Shown: positions 39,361 to 50,283, numbered from the stretch's first letter. The stretch is 64,000 nucleotides of DNA from Nitrosopumilus sp. (GCA_965224195.1 OZ245040.1:1536001-1600000); one strand, 5' to 3'. Notes: generated by a model not told the origin, from the sequence alone. Translations and numbers: made by a program.

Positions 39361-40500
39361 TTATTTCTCCATTAGGTTTTTGAGTTCTTCAAAGATAAAT
39401 TTACAATCAAAAGGGCCAGGAGCAGCTTCTGGATGAAACTGTACTGCAATACAACTTTGCTTTTTATGTTTTATTCCTTCAACTGTTTTATCATCTGCAT
39501 TTGTAAACCATAATTTAAAATCAGATTTTTCAATGGATTCAGGAGTAATGCCATATCCATGATTCTGACTTGTAACATAGACTTGATTATTTTCTAAATT
39601 AATACAAGGTTTGTTTTGTCCTCTATGTCCATACTTTAGTTTGTAAGTTTCTGTATTTCCTGCAATACCAATAATTTGTGCACCTAAACAAATACCCAAT
39701 GTAGGGATATTATTTTCAATTAATTTTTTTACAGTATCAATAGTATCTGGACATTTTTGTGGGTCACCTGGACCACTACTAAGTACAACGCCATCAGGAT
39801 GATATGACATTACTTTTTCATATGTAGTATTCCATGGAACTAAGATTGCTTTGTAACCAAGGTCACGAACATTTCTTAGAATTGCATTTTTTGCGCCAGT
39901 ATCAATTACAACAACAGATTTTTCTTCATTGCCGTAGATTTGCTCTTCTTGTGTAGATACAATATCCATAAATTGTTCAGAATCATAATGTTTTGCAGAT
40001 TCCAGTTGTTTTTTAACAGATTCAACATCAATTTCAGTATCAGATACAACCAAAGCTGCCATCATTACTCCGCTGGTTCGAAGTTTTTTTGTCAACTCAC
40101 GAGTATCAATTCCGGAGATTCCGGGCACCTTTTCATTGTTCATCCATTCATCCAAAGTCATAGAAAGATTCCAATGACTTGCAGTCAAGGATAATTCATG
40201 AACAACTAAACCACGAATTTGCATTTGATCAGACTCAAAGAATTTTGAAATTCCATCTTCATCAACAATAGATGGATCGGGTACACCGTAATTTCCAATC
40301 AGAGGATAAGTTAAAGTGAGAATTTGACCATTATACGAAGGATCAGTTAAGGCCTCAGTGTAACCGACCATTCCAGTATTGAAAACAATTTCCCCAAAAA
40401 CAGTTGTAGAATAGCCAAAACCTTGACCATCAAGAGCAGTGCCATCATCAAAAATCAGTTTTCCAAACTTGTTTGCGTGGTTTGATTTCTTTGTAGTAAT
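39361..40500 (-). CDS. carA: Carbamoyl-phosphate synthase small subunit; apparent ATT start at 40500
   Basis: The frame extends 43 codons above the ORF-track start and includes GKLIFDDG..GFG..GEIVFNTGMVGY; also GICLG and QFHPE. Confidence 0.93.
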   Translation of the reverse strand: MTTKKSNHANKFGKLIFDDGTALDGQGFGYSTTVFGEIVFNTGMVGYTEALTDPSYNGQILTLTYPLIGNYGVPDPSIVDEDGISKFFESDQMQIRGLVVHELSLTASHWNLSMTLDEWMNNEKVPGISGIDTRELTKKLRTSGVMMAALVVSDTEIDVESVKKQLESAKHYDSEQFMDIVSTQEEQIYGNEEKSVVVIDTGAKNAILRNVRDLGYKAILVPWNTTYEKVMSYHPDGVVLSSGPGDPQKCPDTIDTVKKLIENNIPTLGICLGAQIIGIAGNTETYKLKYGHRGQNKPCINLENNQVYVTSQNHGYGITPESIEKSDFKLWFTNADDKTVEGIKHKKQSCIAVQFHPEAAPGPFDCKFIFEELKNLMEK

Positions 40501-40590
40501 TGTGACCCTCGTAAAGTCCGAATTATTATGAATTTAAGTTTTGTGCGTAATTAAAATTCAAAAAGTTGATCGCAAAATGAGATTAATCAA

Positions 40591-41784
40591 TCAGAGTGCT
40601 TGGAACTCTTCGCTCCATTTGTGATAAGCGCGAATCATCTCAGTTGAAACACTAGGTTTTCTTCTCTCCATTATATTTTTGAAATCAGCAGTTGTTAAAT
40701 CTCTTGGCTGAATTGGTGCCTCACCTTCTACTGGTTCATGGTAATCTGGAGAATCAAAAATTTCATGAACAGTCTTAATTTGTGCTGCTTGACAGACATC
40801 TTTGATATCACTTGCACTGTATCCATCAAATAATTTTGCTAATTCAGTATTGTTTACATTGATACTTTTACTCAAGGGAGCAGTGTATTGTTCAAAGAGA
40901 TTTTCTCGTGCTGCTTGAGTAGGCAACGATACATAGATTCTTTTCTGGAATCTTCTAAGGAAAGGCCAATCAAGACTCCAGGGTTTGTTTGTTGCACCAA
41001 TTACATACAACATCAAATCTTTTCCTTTTCCATTAACTCCATCCATTTCAGTTAAAAATTGATTTTTAGTTCTAACTTCGCCTCCAACTTCACTACTTCT
41101 AGAGCCTAACAAAGAATCCACTTCATCTACAAACAAAATAACAGGTTTACCTTCTTTCTCAGCATACTGTCTTGCCATAGCAAATAATTTTGAGACATTC
41201 TTTTCTGCCTCACCAAGCCATTTACTCATCATTGATGATGCATCTACATTAATGAAATAACCATCCATCTCATTTGCAGTAGCTGCTGCAAGCATAGTTT
41301 TTCCTGTACCCGGTGGACCATAAAGTAACATTCCTTTTGGCCATCCAAGTGGAAACAGATCAGGTCTTTTAGTAGGATATACAATGGATTCACGTAATGC
41401 ACTTTTTGCATCATCTAAACCAATTACTTGGTCCCAAGTAACATCAGGTTTTTCTTTCATAATTAATTCTTCAAAATCATTTTCGTTGTCTTGTCTTTGT
41501 ACAGATTTCTTTTGGTCTGAATCAGAAGCTTTTGGATCAACTGCAGGCTCAACACCATGAGATTGTTGTAGTGCTTGAATTCTACCATGGTAAGAGTTAC
41601 ATCGTTCTTTGTAAATTTGATTAAGTTTACTGTTAGGGTAAAGTTGTAATAATTTTACTAAAGCATCTATTGCTTGTTGATAATGAGTAATTGCCATTCC
41701 ACGAGCACCTTGAGAGTCAAATTTGATGGCTTCAGAAGCATATTTGCTTGCTGTGTTCTCTAATTCTTGTGGGGCTAAACTCAT
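40591..41784 (-). CDS. cdvC: Vps4-like AAA ATPase, cell division protein CdvC
   Basis: N-terminal MIT domain, GPPGTGKT, FVDEVD, RRFQKRIY. Confidence 0.93.
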   Translation of the reverse strand: MSLAPQELENTASKYASEAIKFDSQGARGMAITHYQQAIDALVKLLQLYPNSKLNQIYKERCNSYHGRIQALQQSHGVEPAVDPKASDSDQKKSVQRQDNENDFEELIMKEKPDVTWDQVIGLDDAKSALRESIVYPTKRPDLFPLGWPKGMLLYGPPGTGKTMLAAATANEMDGYFINVDASSMMSKWLGEAEKNVSKLFAMARQYAEKEGKPVILFVDEVDSLLGSRSSEVGGEVRTKNQFLTEMDGVNGKGKDLMLYVIGATNKPWSLDWPFLRRFQKRIYVSLPTQAARENLFEQYTAPLSKSINVNNTELAKLFDGYSASDIKDVCQAAQIKTVHEIFDSPDYHEPVEGEAPIQPRDLTTADFKNIMERRKPSVSTEMIRAYHKWSEEFQAL

Positions 41785-41793
41785 TCAGATTAC

Positions 41794-42279
41794 CTACGCA
41801 GTTTCCTCTCGAGAATTTTGTTGGTATTCTACGGTGTTAATCTCTGTCACAAAATTGGTTAAATTAATTGCACTTGTTTCGTGTTCATTATAGTCAGGTC
41901 CATCAAGATATCTTTTTTTGAAATCAGACTTGTCGGAGATATGAGCATGCATGTCTTTGACTTTGTTAATAGAGTCTTCAGCAGATATTATTAATTCAGA
42001 AACCTCATCATCCATATCTTCAAGAGAACTGGCAGTTTCATCTATTATCGATGTGAAATGCTTAAGAATTGAGCGCATTTCTTTCTTATCGTCATATTTA
42101 CACATCATAAAATTAGCAATTCCAACAATTTTGTCTAAATCTTGTAATTCTTCCAAGGTGAGTTTATCAATTTTTGAATCTTCTGAAGGCTTTACTTCAG
42201 ACAGTTTTTTATCAATTATTGACGAAATAGACTTGATTCGCCCTATATCTTTTGAAAAATCTCGTTTTTGATTTAGCAT
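41794..42279 (-). CDS. Coiled-coil hypothetical protein in the cdv locus
   Basis: Helical ORF between the cdvB-like gene and cdvC. Confidence 0.7.
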   Translation of the reverse strand: MLNQKRDFSKDIGRIKSISSIIDKKLSEVKPSEDSKIDKLTLEELQDLDKIVGIANFMMCKYDDKKEMRSILKHFTSIIDETASSLEDMDDEVSELIISAEDSINKVKDMHAHISDKSDFKKRYLDGPDYNEHETSAINLTNFVTEINTVEYQQNSREETA

Positions 42280-42280
42280 A

Positions 42281-42889
42281 TCAGGTATTGCATAATTTCA
42301 AAAAATCAAGATTAGGATACTGCTTATTTAATTTAGAGTCCACCATCAATTTTACTTTATTAAGATTAGAAGATGACTCATGATTTGATTGACTAAAATC
42401 AAATCTGGCAGTAGTTAGAGCGGCTGAATCTATTACGATACTTCCCAAATGAACAGAGATTTCAGATAGTTTTTGACTACAGTTTGGAATAAATTCAAAA
42501 AGTTGTGCACTAACAGTTCTAATCATAGGAATTGAAGAAGGTAAAACTTCGGGAATACTACTTATGTTAGAAATTCTTCCCATGTTCTTTTGTACAGAAA
42601 GTAGAATTTCTAAAGAAAGCATTACAAGATGCTCTAGTTTCAATGCATCAGTATGGAGTTTATCAGATTCATCAAAATCATAAATTAAATCTTGGTTTGA
42701 TTTTTTTATTTGGATTTGTCTATCATTAAGAACATCAATTACATCATCTAGAATATTCATAGAATATTCCAATCTAGGAACAAGAGTTACAGAATGAGAG
42801 ATATTTTCAACTTCTATTGAATCAACACTACATTTTACCAACATACCGAATATCACTTCTAGATTTTGTATTTGAGGATGATGTATCAA
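42281..42889 (-). CDS. ESCRT-III/CdvB-like paralogue (CdvB3-type)
   Basis: All-helical Snf7-like pattern, two genes upstream of cdvC. Confidence 0.55.
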   Translation of the reverse strand: MIHHPQIQNLEVIFGMLVKCSVDSIEVENISHSVTLVPRLEYSMNILDDVIDVLNDRQIQIKKSNQDLIYDFDESDKLHTDALKLEHLVMLSLEILLSVQKNMGRISNISSIPEVLPSSIPMIRTVSAQLFEFIPNCSQKLSEISVHLGSIVIDSAALTTARFDFSQSNHESSSNLNKVKLMVDSKLNKQYPNLDFLKLCNT

Positions 42890-43003
42890 ATATTTTGGTA
42901 ACCACGGTTACACCCATCAGCAGATACAATTTGAGTTTTTTTTGAGTATTTGTGTAAAGGAATTTAGCTCTCAATTTTACCTAATAACAAATCAAGGTAA
43001 ATC

Positions 43004-44164
43004 ATGGTAAATGAGCACGTTTTGACAGTCAGTCTAGAAGAGTTTGGGTTAAGCAAGTATGAAGCACAAGCATATGTGTCATTAATTGCAAAGGGCACTA
43101 TTTCAGCAGGAGACCTTGCATATTATTCAGAGATTCCAAGGACAAAAATTTATCCAACATTATTGAAACTAGAAAATAAAAAACTAGTCATCATTTCAAA
43201 AAGTAAACCAATTATGTGTACAGCAATTGCTCCAGAAGATGCGTTTGATGGAATAATTCATGAGCAGATCAACAAAGTAAATGCCATGAACACTTTGATT
43301 TCTAATTTAAAGAAAGCAAGTGAAGAAAGTAGAAAAACTCGAGGTTCTGAAGAAAAAAGATACTTTCATTTGAGTGCAAACAATGTGTTATCACAACTAC
43401 AAACAATGATTGAAGGTTCAAAATCATCAATTAAAATTATGACTGATCAGTGGGGTTTTGGATTATTAGCTGAATGCAAAGAACAACTATTATCAGTATT
43501 ACGAAGAAATCTAGATGTCAAGGTTTTAGTAGCACCCTCTCAAATTTGTTCTGAATCATTTAGAGTAATTCCAGACGGAGTTGAAATTAGAGCATCAGAT
43601 ATTACACAAAACTGCTTCATTTTTGATGAAACTGAATTGTTAATGATAGATAACAGTAATGGCAAAGGAGCAATCTTTTCATCTACAGATATTTTGGAAA
43701 TGAACCAAGAAAAAGTATTTTCCAATATTTGGAAAAATGCAATTAAGACTAAAGCATTAGGCGACATGACAAAAACTGAGGCACAAGAAGTTTACAAAAT
43801 TATTAAAATTGTTAATGAAGCAGGTTTGTCATATTTGCTAAATTCTACAATGGTATCTAAAAAACCAGAAGCAGACATGTTCAAACTTTTGGAGAAAAAC
43901 GGTGTTTCTTTAAAATCAAAAACACTAGATGATGTGATTGAAATTATTGATGCAATAATGCAAATCACATGTTCAGGTCATGTTAATTTTGAGGCAAATA
44001 CCAAAAACATCATGATTGAATCAAAATTAAACAGCGGACATTCATTACCATGGGTGTCAATTTTAGATGGATGTCTTCAAAAACAAGGGTACAAAACAAG
44101 AACAGCATATCAAAATAATTCAAGCAAAGGCGAAAAAGTCCATATTAAAATAACTAAAAATTAG
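43004..44164 (+). CDS. TrmB family transcriptional regulator
   Basis: FGLSKYEAQAY..IPRTKIY HTH. Confidence 0.9.
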   Translation: MVNEHVLTVSLEEFGLSKYEAQAYVSLIAKGTISAGDLAYYSEIPRTKIYPTLLKLENKKLVIISKSKPIMCTAIAPEDAFDGIIHEQINKVNAMNTLISNLKKASEESRKTRGSEEKRYFHLSANNVLSQLQTMIEGSKSSIKIMTDQWGFGLLAECKEQLLSVLRRNLDVKVLVAPSQICSESFRVIPDGVEIRASDITQNCFIFDETELLMIDNSNGKGAIFSSTDILEMNQEKVFSNIWKNAIKTKALGDMTKTEAQEVYKIIKIVNEAGLSYLLNSTMVSKKPEADMFKLLEKNGVSLKSKTLDDVIEIIDAIMQITCSGHVNFEANTKNIMIESKLNSGHSLPWVSILDGCLQKQGYKTRTAYQNNSSKGEKVHIKITKN

Positions 44165-44583
44165 AAAAAACTATTCAAATGATTTTGAATTAGTATTGGA
44201 TTTTTTCTGAGATTCTTTATAGGCAACATATGAAATAAATTCTGAGGTGCTTTGAAAAGGAGCATTTCCCAATAGATTTTTCTCAATAAATGCAGATGCC
44301 GTATTTGCTAATTTTTCACTATCAATCATTTTTGTATTCTTGTTGAATTAGTTCAATAGTCTTAGAATCAAATTTTGCAAAGCATTTGTTTAATTCTTCC
44401 TCATCTAATTCTTCATCATGATAAAGCATTATAATTATGATTTAGAGTTCAACATTCATTACAATAGTAGATTAGAAAGATGTACAAAATACTCAGTTTT
44501 CATACCATATTGTAATCAATAGGCTCCATGAGAGACAAAATTTCAGTCACCACCAATAAATAATTACAATAAAGAGATAGGCC

Positions 44584-45189
44584 ATGCAAACAATTTCAAT
44601 TGAATATATTTTAGAATGTATGAATAATGAAAAAAATTATGTTGGAGATTTATGGCAAACCTGCCTAAATAATAAAAAAAGATTCAAAAAAAGTAAGCTA
44701 AAAGAAATTTTAAAAAAAATGGAATTACTAGGCCATATTAAAAAACATGGTTACAAAGATGACGCATACTATGTAAAATATTATCATTATTCGTTTGAGG
44801 AGCATATTGGTTTTGTCAATAGCAATATTTTCACATATGAATCTAAAATAAATTCTGCAATTAAAAATTTAGAGAATAAAAGAATATTTTTAGACATATC
44901 AAAAGATCTCAGTTCACATAAATTTAGTAAATATACAAAATTAGATTATGAATCATTATTAGTCAGTATGACAGGTATGTTTGAATTAGCATCATCAATA
45001 CTATGGACTAAAGAAAATAGTGATGACAAAGAATTGAAAAAAGAATTAACAAAGTGCTTCAAGCAGATTAATGAATTCATGGAGGAAATAAATCGAAGAT
45101 TGCTTGAAGGCAGAAAAACTCAAGAAAGAATAGTATTACAACGAGAATTTACAGGTAAAATCCCAAAAGCAGGATATCTAAAAATCTAA
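44584..45189 (+). CDS. Hypothetical protein with N-terminal winged-helix-like segment
   Basis: LKEILKKMELLGHIKK...YYV. Confidence 0.6.
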   Translation: MQTISIEYILECMNNEKNYVGDLWQTCLNNKKRFKKSKLKEILKKMELLGHIKKHGYKDDAYYVKYYHYSFEEHIGFVNSNIFTYESKINSAIKNLENKRIFLDISKDLSSHKFSKYTKLDYESLLVSMTGMFELASSILWTKENSDDKELKKELTKCFKQINEFMEEINRRLLEGRKTQERIVLQREFTGKIPKAGYLKI

Positions 45190-45367
45190 AATAAATTTTC
45201 AAATATCACCAGAGACATTTACTAGATCCTCATCATAAAACGCCTCTAGTGACAATTATTAGGGAATTTTTCACATATACAAAATCTTCTAATTATTTTG
45301 AATTTAGAAAAAACTCATGAGATAAATTCTAAATACTAAAATCAGACATAAATTAAGCATCATAATC

Positions 45368-45823
45368 ATGATTGAAGAAAAACTTGAATCCATAGGAATC
45401 AAACTTCCAAATCCACCTACACCTGCAGGATCATATGTTCCCGTTATACGTACAGGGAATTTGTTATTTATCTCAGGTCAAATTCCAATGGAAGATGGAA
45501 AAGTAATCTTTACAGAAAAAGTTTCAGATAATAATTTAGAAACAGCTCAAAAATCTGCTAGAATGTGTGCAATTAACATTATTGCTCAAATTAAAAGAGA
45601 ACTTGGAAGCTTGGACAAAGTTACAAAAATTGTAAAACTTTCAGGATTTGTAAATTCTATGCCAGAGTTTACACAACATCCCAAAGTTATCAATTCCGCA
45701 TCAGATTTACTCTTTGAGATATTTGGTGAAAAAGGAAAACATGCCAGAGTTGCAGTTGGTGTATCTTGTCTACCATTGGATTCAATGACAGAAATAGATG
45801 CAATTGTAGAGTTTTCAGAATAA
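45368..45823 (+). CDS. RidA/YjgF family protein
   Basis: GSYVP, ISGQIP, GKHARVAVG. Confidence 0.92.
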   Translation: MIEEKLESIGIKLPNPPTPAGSYVPVIRTGNLLFISGQIPMEDGKVIFTEKVSDNNLETAQKSARMCAINIIAQIKRELGSLDKVTKIVKLSGFVNSMPEFTQHPKVINSASDLLFEIFGEKGKHARVAVGVSCLPLDSMTEIDAIVEFSE

Positions 45824-45868
45824 TCAATTTGGAAATTTTCTTAAATAGATTTTTGTCTTTTTGAATTC

Positions 45869-46066
45869 ATGGTACAGATGTGTCGTGGATTATGTGAACG
45901 GCTAAAATCGACATCATTTACAAACAATCTACGATATAAAATTGGACAAAAATGGTGTTCTCTATGTGCGTTATTTTTCTTTACTGAAGAAAATACATGC
46001 CCATGTTGTAAAACAAGACTTAGAACAAAAGCTAGGAGTAAAAAACATGAATTGCCCAGAATGTAA
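45869..46066 (+). CDS. Small Cys-rich Zn-finger protein
   Basis: CRGLC, CSLC, CPCC. Confidence 0.8.
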   Translation: MVQMCRGLCERLKSTSFTNNLRYKIGQKWCSLCALFFFTEENTCPCCKTRLRTKARSKKHELPRM

Positions 46067-46202
46067 TCATGAAAAAGACAAATGTGAATGCCTATGCTGT
46101 TGTTCAATTTCAAAAATTGGTTGTGTTTATTGCATACTGCCAGTATTAGGATACAGACAGATTAAGAAAATTATAAGAAATAGAAAAAAGATAGAAAATT
46201 GA
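46047..46202 (+). CDS. Small Cys-rich protein
   Basis: MNCPECNHEKDKCECLCCCSISKIGCVYC... Confidence 0.55.
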   Translation: MNCPECNHEKDKCECLCCCSISKIGCVYCILPVLGYRQIKKIIRNRKKIEN

Positions 46203-46271
46203 ATCTAAAGATAAGAACATTACTACACATTTGTAGAAACAATTCATATATGCTAAAAATTTAGTGAAAAC

Positions 46272-46630
46272 ATGCTCAAGATTTCATTGATGATGTTATT
46301 TGCAATATCAATGGTACAGATATCACACTAATTGTCAGTTCGCCAGTTGGAAATCTAATCACAATTGATCAAGTGACACCTGGAATATACGGTGATTTTG
46401 AAGTAGAACTCAAAGTTGGAGGCCCAATGTGGAAAGTAGATGGAATGTATACAATCACAGTAAATCAAGGAGCAGCCTCAGAGCATAAAGAATCAATTCA
46501 AGTAGAAATTAAAGACGGAGTTGTAGTTCCAGAATTTGGCGTCATAGCATCATTAATTTTGGCAATTTCAATTATTACAATAATTGCTGTTTCTGCAAAG
46601 TCTAGGCTTGCGATATTACCTAGATATTAA
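46272..46630 (+). pseudogene. PEFG-CTERM surface protein, internally deleted and frameshifted
   Basis: Signal-like start is out of frame with DITLIVSSPVGNLITIDQV...VVPEFGVIA plus TM. Confidence 0.7.
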
Positions 46631-46654
46631 TTTCAGAATAGAAATTACAGCATT

Positions 46655-47023
46655 ATGTTTAGTTTAGACGAAATAAAATCAGAAAAATACATTTCACTTG
46701 AAACGTATAGAAAAAATGGTCAATCAGTTAAATCACCAGTATGGTTTGTTATTGAAAATAATTTGTTATACGTTATCACACGAAGTCAAACAGGGAAAGT
46801 AAAACGTCTTAAAAATAATCTCCAAGTAAAATTTGCATTATGTACCATGAAAGGTAAAATTACAGGAGAGTGGATTTCAGGTACTGCAAAAATTTTAGAT
46901 GAAAAGCATACTAAGGATGCAATAAAAATGAGAGATAAGAAATATGGCTTTATGGCAAAAATAGCAAAATTAGTTAGTAAGAGTAAGGGAGATTTTTTTG
47001 CATTCTCAATTAAAACAAATTAA
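46655..47023 (+). CDS. PPOX-class F420-dependent oxidoreductase
   Basis: YISLETYRKNG..SPVWF..GKVKRLKNN. Confidence 0.88.
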   Translation: MFSLDEIKSEKYISLETYRKNGQSVKSPVWFVIENNLLYVITRSQTGKVKRLKNNLQVKFALCTMKGKITGEWISGTAKILDEKHTKDAIKMRDKKYGFMAKIAKLVSKSKGDFFAFSIKTN

Positions 47024-47498
47024 ATGATTTTTGCAATTTTAATTCTCTTCTTAGTTTGAATGCAGTTAGTCCTGCAAAACCAAAAATTATAATCAGACCA
47101 ACATAGGACAACACCTGACTGTACTCTATCAAAACTGCAGAAACTCCTGTTCCAACAACACTTGGAAGTAAAGATAAGGCATACAACCACCATCCACAGC
47201 AACCAAGAGGGACTAGAGAGAAAAACGAAAAGAAAGATGTTGCAGCTGTGCTTCCAGTATTTCCTCCAAAAGCTTTTTTCTTGACAGATAGTTTACAACC
47301 CAACATTTTACTTTTCTCAGAAAGAAAAACTTGCAAGCCAATCCCAATACCCATCCCAAGAATTACAATTGAATTTAGTTGAAGCGCTGCATTGATTGCG
47401 GCAAGTGGCTCTAATGCAGGAGTTGTAATTACAACTACTGAAAGATATACAATTACAGTGATAATTCCAACAAGAGTTGCTTTTTGAAGAGGTTTCAT
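47010..47498 (-). CDS. Membrane protein with GCCG motif
   Basis: About 4 TM helices; TGATG overlap with the DUF3179 gene. Confidence 0.7.
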   Translation of the reverse strand: MKPLQKATLVGIITVIVYLSVVVITTPALEPLAAINAALQLNSIVILGMGIGIGLQVFLSEKSKMLGCKLSVKKKAFGGNTGSTAATSFFSFFSLVPLGCCGWWLYALSLLPSVVGTGVSAVLIEYSQVLSYVGLIIIFGFAGLTAFKLRRELKLQKSFNLF

Positions 47499-48607
47499 CA
47501 AGATGCACCAAAAATCAAGGTTTGAGGATGAAATGCCACCCATTCAAACCAAAATCCAGGCTCAATTGGGAGTCTTTCCAGTTGTTTCCCATGGTAAGTT
47601 CCAGATATAGATAATCCATCATAACTCCATTCAGAATTAGTTTGAGAATCAAATATTTTTCCATTTTCATAAGCAAAATCTAAAATATTGTCATCAACTA
47701 TTCTTACAAAGGCTCGAGAATTTTCAGAGTATAATGAAATTAACATTACAGGAGTATTACCAATAGAATCGTTAATTATTATTTTAGATTCAATATCATT
47801 TTGTTTGTAAGCTTTGTAAATATCATCTTGATTAAATCCAATTATAATTTCTTTTGGAGATAGTCTATCATCACTATGTTCTACTGGAAACATGATTCGC
47901 GGTTCTGTGTAATAATTTCCATAAGGATCAGTTGCATACGAACGAATGTGGCCAGTATCAGTAGTTAACACTACAGTTTCAGGGTGAAGTTTTTCCCAAT
48001 CTCCCCAAGTTATTACATCAAATGGAATTAAATTTAGTTCATATCCTGTTAATTCTCCTTTAACGGCAATCCCAAGAGCTTGACTCCAATAAGATTCAGT
48101 ATACCTATCATACATCAACAAATTACTGTTGTATAATTTTCCAGAAGTTCCAAACTCAACTTCTTGCCCATCTATTACTCTCTCAAAAACTTGATTGGTG
48201 TAACATAAAGGACAATATGTAACAGATACAGGAACACCACCTACATAATCATTGACAATTTCATGCCAAACTAAAATAAAGATAGGGTATGCTTTTGCCT
48301 CACCATTAATTTCCAAACCAATTACAGTATCAGAACTAGACATAAAACGAGAATCTTGTATTTCTGCAAATTTAGGATTATCAATTGATGGAATTCCATC
48401 TTTTGGTGGCCCTCCTCCTTTAATTTTATCAAGAGGAATACTGTGTTTGATGCCATTTGTCTCCATTATTTGCAATTCAGCAGCCTCAAAATCAATTACA
48501 GAAGTAGTTGGAATAGAATTTTCGTCATTGAATATTTGAAATGAAATTAACAAGATTGCAATTACAACCCCAATTATTATCATGGGTGCAAGAACCTTTA
48601 GATCCAA
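47498..48607 (-). CDS. DUF3179 domain protein
   Basis: GGPPKDGIPSID, WHEIVND, TYCPLC, SGKLYNSNL. Confidence 0.9.
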   Translation of the reverse strand: MDLKVLAPMIIIGVVIAILLISFQIFNDENSIPTTSVIDFEAAELQIMETNGIKHSIPLDKIKGGGPPKDGIPSIDNPKFAEIQDSRFMSSSDTVIGLEINGEAKAYPIFILVWHEIVNDYVGGVPVSVTYCPLCYTNQVFERVIDGQEVEFGTSGKLYNSNLLMYDRYTESYWSQALGIAVKGELTGYELNLIPFDVITWGDWEKLHPETVVLTTDTGHIRSYATDPYGNYYTEPRIMFPVEHSDDRLSPKEIIIGFNQDDIYKAYKQNDIESKIIINDSIGNTPVMLISLYSENSRAFVRIVDDNILDFAYENGKIFDSQTNSEWSYDGLSISGTYHGKQLERLPIEPGFWFEWVAFHPQTLIFGAS

Positions 48608-48704
48608 TTTTAAATAATTTTAGTCATCAAATTATTAAAAAATTGTTCCAACTTTATTTTTAATTTGGGCAAACCCTTTTAATAAATTTCAAAAGCGTTT
48701 ATCC

Positions 48705-49126
48705 ATGAATGCAGAAGCAAGTCTAAAAGAGAATGTATTACATGATATTACCCACTGGGGACTCAGAGCATCAATTGGGGCCATATTCATAGTTCATAGT
48801 TTGAAGAAATTTGATCCTAGCTGGCAAGAGTGGTTAATGAGTATTGGAATTCCACCAGAGATGCAATTACCAATTGCTTTAGCGGAATTAATTGGCGGAA
48901 TTTTGTTGGTGGTAAAGTACTTACTAGAGTTACGGGTTCGATATTTGCAGTAATTTTACTTGGTGCAATATTTCACATTAGATGGGAAAACGGATTTTTT
49001 GTTTCTCAAGGAGGATGGGAATGGGATCTTGTAATGTTAGCTGCTGTTCTTCTAATCATTGTCGCAGGGCCAGGGCGAATATCAATTGCACACTTGGTGA
49101 AAAGAATCCCTAGAGCATTACAGTAA
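48705..49126 (+). pseudogene. DoxX family membrane protein with a frameshift near 48910
   Basis: 48705 frame LRASIGAIFIVH...AELIGG continues in the 48830 frame as VLTR...GGWEWDL..GPGRIS. Confidence 0.8.
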
Positions 49127-50254
49127 TTATTTAATTTTTTTATTTAATTCTGTAATGAATTTTTTTATTTTTGGTTTTGGAACAACTGCTCCACATGCTT
49201 TATCATGTCCACCACCAGAACCACCAAGACTAGTTGCCAAAAGATTAACAATTTTACCCAAGTGAACCTTACAATCCTTTGAACCTCTAACAGATACAGC
49301 ATAGATACCATGATTAACTCGTTCTTTGTAAGCAACACCAACATTTTTCCCAGATAATCCCATAACAAAATTAACTGCACCACTTGCACCAGCATCTAAA
49401 ATTTCCATATGACCAAGATTACTCATTGTTTTTAGTCCTACCTTTACTTTGGCAATCATTTGAGATAGTTTTTCCACTTGAATTTGTGCAAATTCAAAGG
49501 TGTTTGGAATAGCATGTGGGAATTTAGAGTCTGCTAATTCTTCAACTAAATATTGTAAATAATCAGGTTCTCTTTGGCGTCCTACAATATTGTAAGTCAA
49601 AACAGTAGCACTGATTAATGCAAATTGTCGGTCATAGATTTGTAGTAATTTTGCACCAAGTGGCCTAGTTTCCATATAATCGGTGATTGCAGCACATGTT
49701 GCAATAAAAGATGCATGATCGTTGAGTTTTGATTTGAATGCAGTATAAGTTAGAACTGCAGTGCATTCATTGATATCATGAATTACTTTGACTTTGATTT
49801 TGTTTAATGCCTTTACAACATTAGGATCAATATCATGATGATCAATGTAAGTAACTGAAACTTTATTTTTTCTCAAAGTTGTCAATATATCGATAAACTC
49901 ATCTTGTGTTTTTTTGCTTAATCCTAAATCACAAATAAATAATGATTTTAATTTTTCATCTGAAACTACTTGGTTTAATGCCTCCATTTGTCCAGGATAA
50001 TCAACCAACATAGCATCACCGCCAAATGCTTGACGAATTAATGCTGCAGAGCTAATACCATCACAATCTTCTTTATGAGAAATACAAATTACTTTGGTAC
50101 GTTTTGATTTGGTTACTTTTTTAGCTGCTGTTTTTTTGGTTACTTTTTTAGCTGCTGTTTTTTTGGTTACTTTTTTAGCTGCTGTTTTTTTGGTTACTTT
50201 TTTAGCTGCTGTTTTTTTGGTTTTAGGAGATACCAATACAGATTCAAAAATCAC
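49127..50254 (-). CDS. DHH/DHHA1 phosphoesterase with Lys/Ala-rich N-terminal tail
   Basis: SHKEDCDG, DLG, IDHH, GGGH. Confidence 0.9.
   Translation of the reverse strand: MIFESVLVSPKTKKTAAKKVTKKTAAKKVTKKTAAKKVTKKTAAKKVTKSKRTKVICISHKEDCDGISSAALIRQAFGGDAMLVDYPGQMEALNQVVSDEKLKSLFICDLGLSKKTQDEFIDILTTLRKNKVSVTYIDHHDIDPNVVKALNKIKVKVIHDINECTAVLTYTAFKSKLNDHASFIATCAAITDYMETRPLGAKLLQIYDRQFALISATVLTYNIVGRQREPDYLQYLVEELADSKFPHAIPNTFEFAQIQVEKLSQMIAKVKVGLKTMSNLGHMEILDAGASGAVNFVMGLSGKNVGVAYKERVNHGIYAVSVRGSKDCKVHLGKIVNLLATSLGGSGGGHDKACGAVVPKPKIKKFITELNKKIK
50108..50222. repeat. 27-bp tandem repeat x4 (KKTAAKKVT)
   Basis: Identical in-frame units. Confidence 0.92.
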
Positions 50255-50283
50255 AAACCCTCATTTAAATGAAGAATGTAAAA

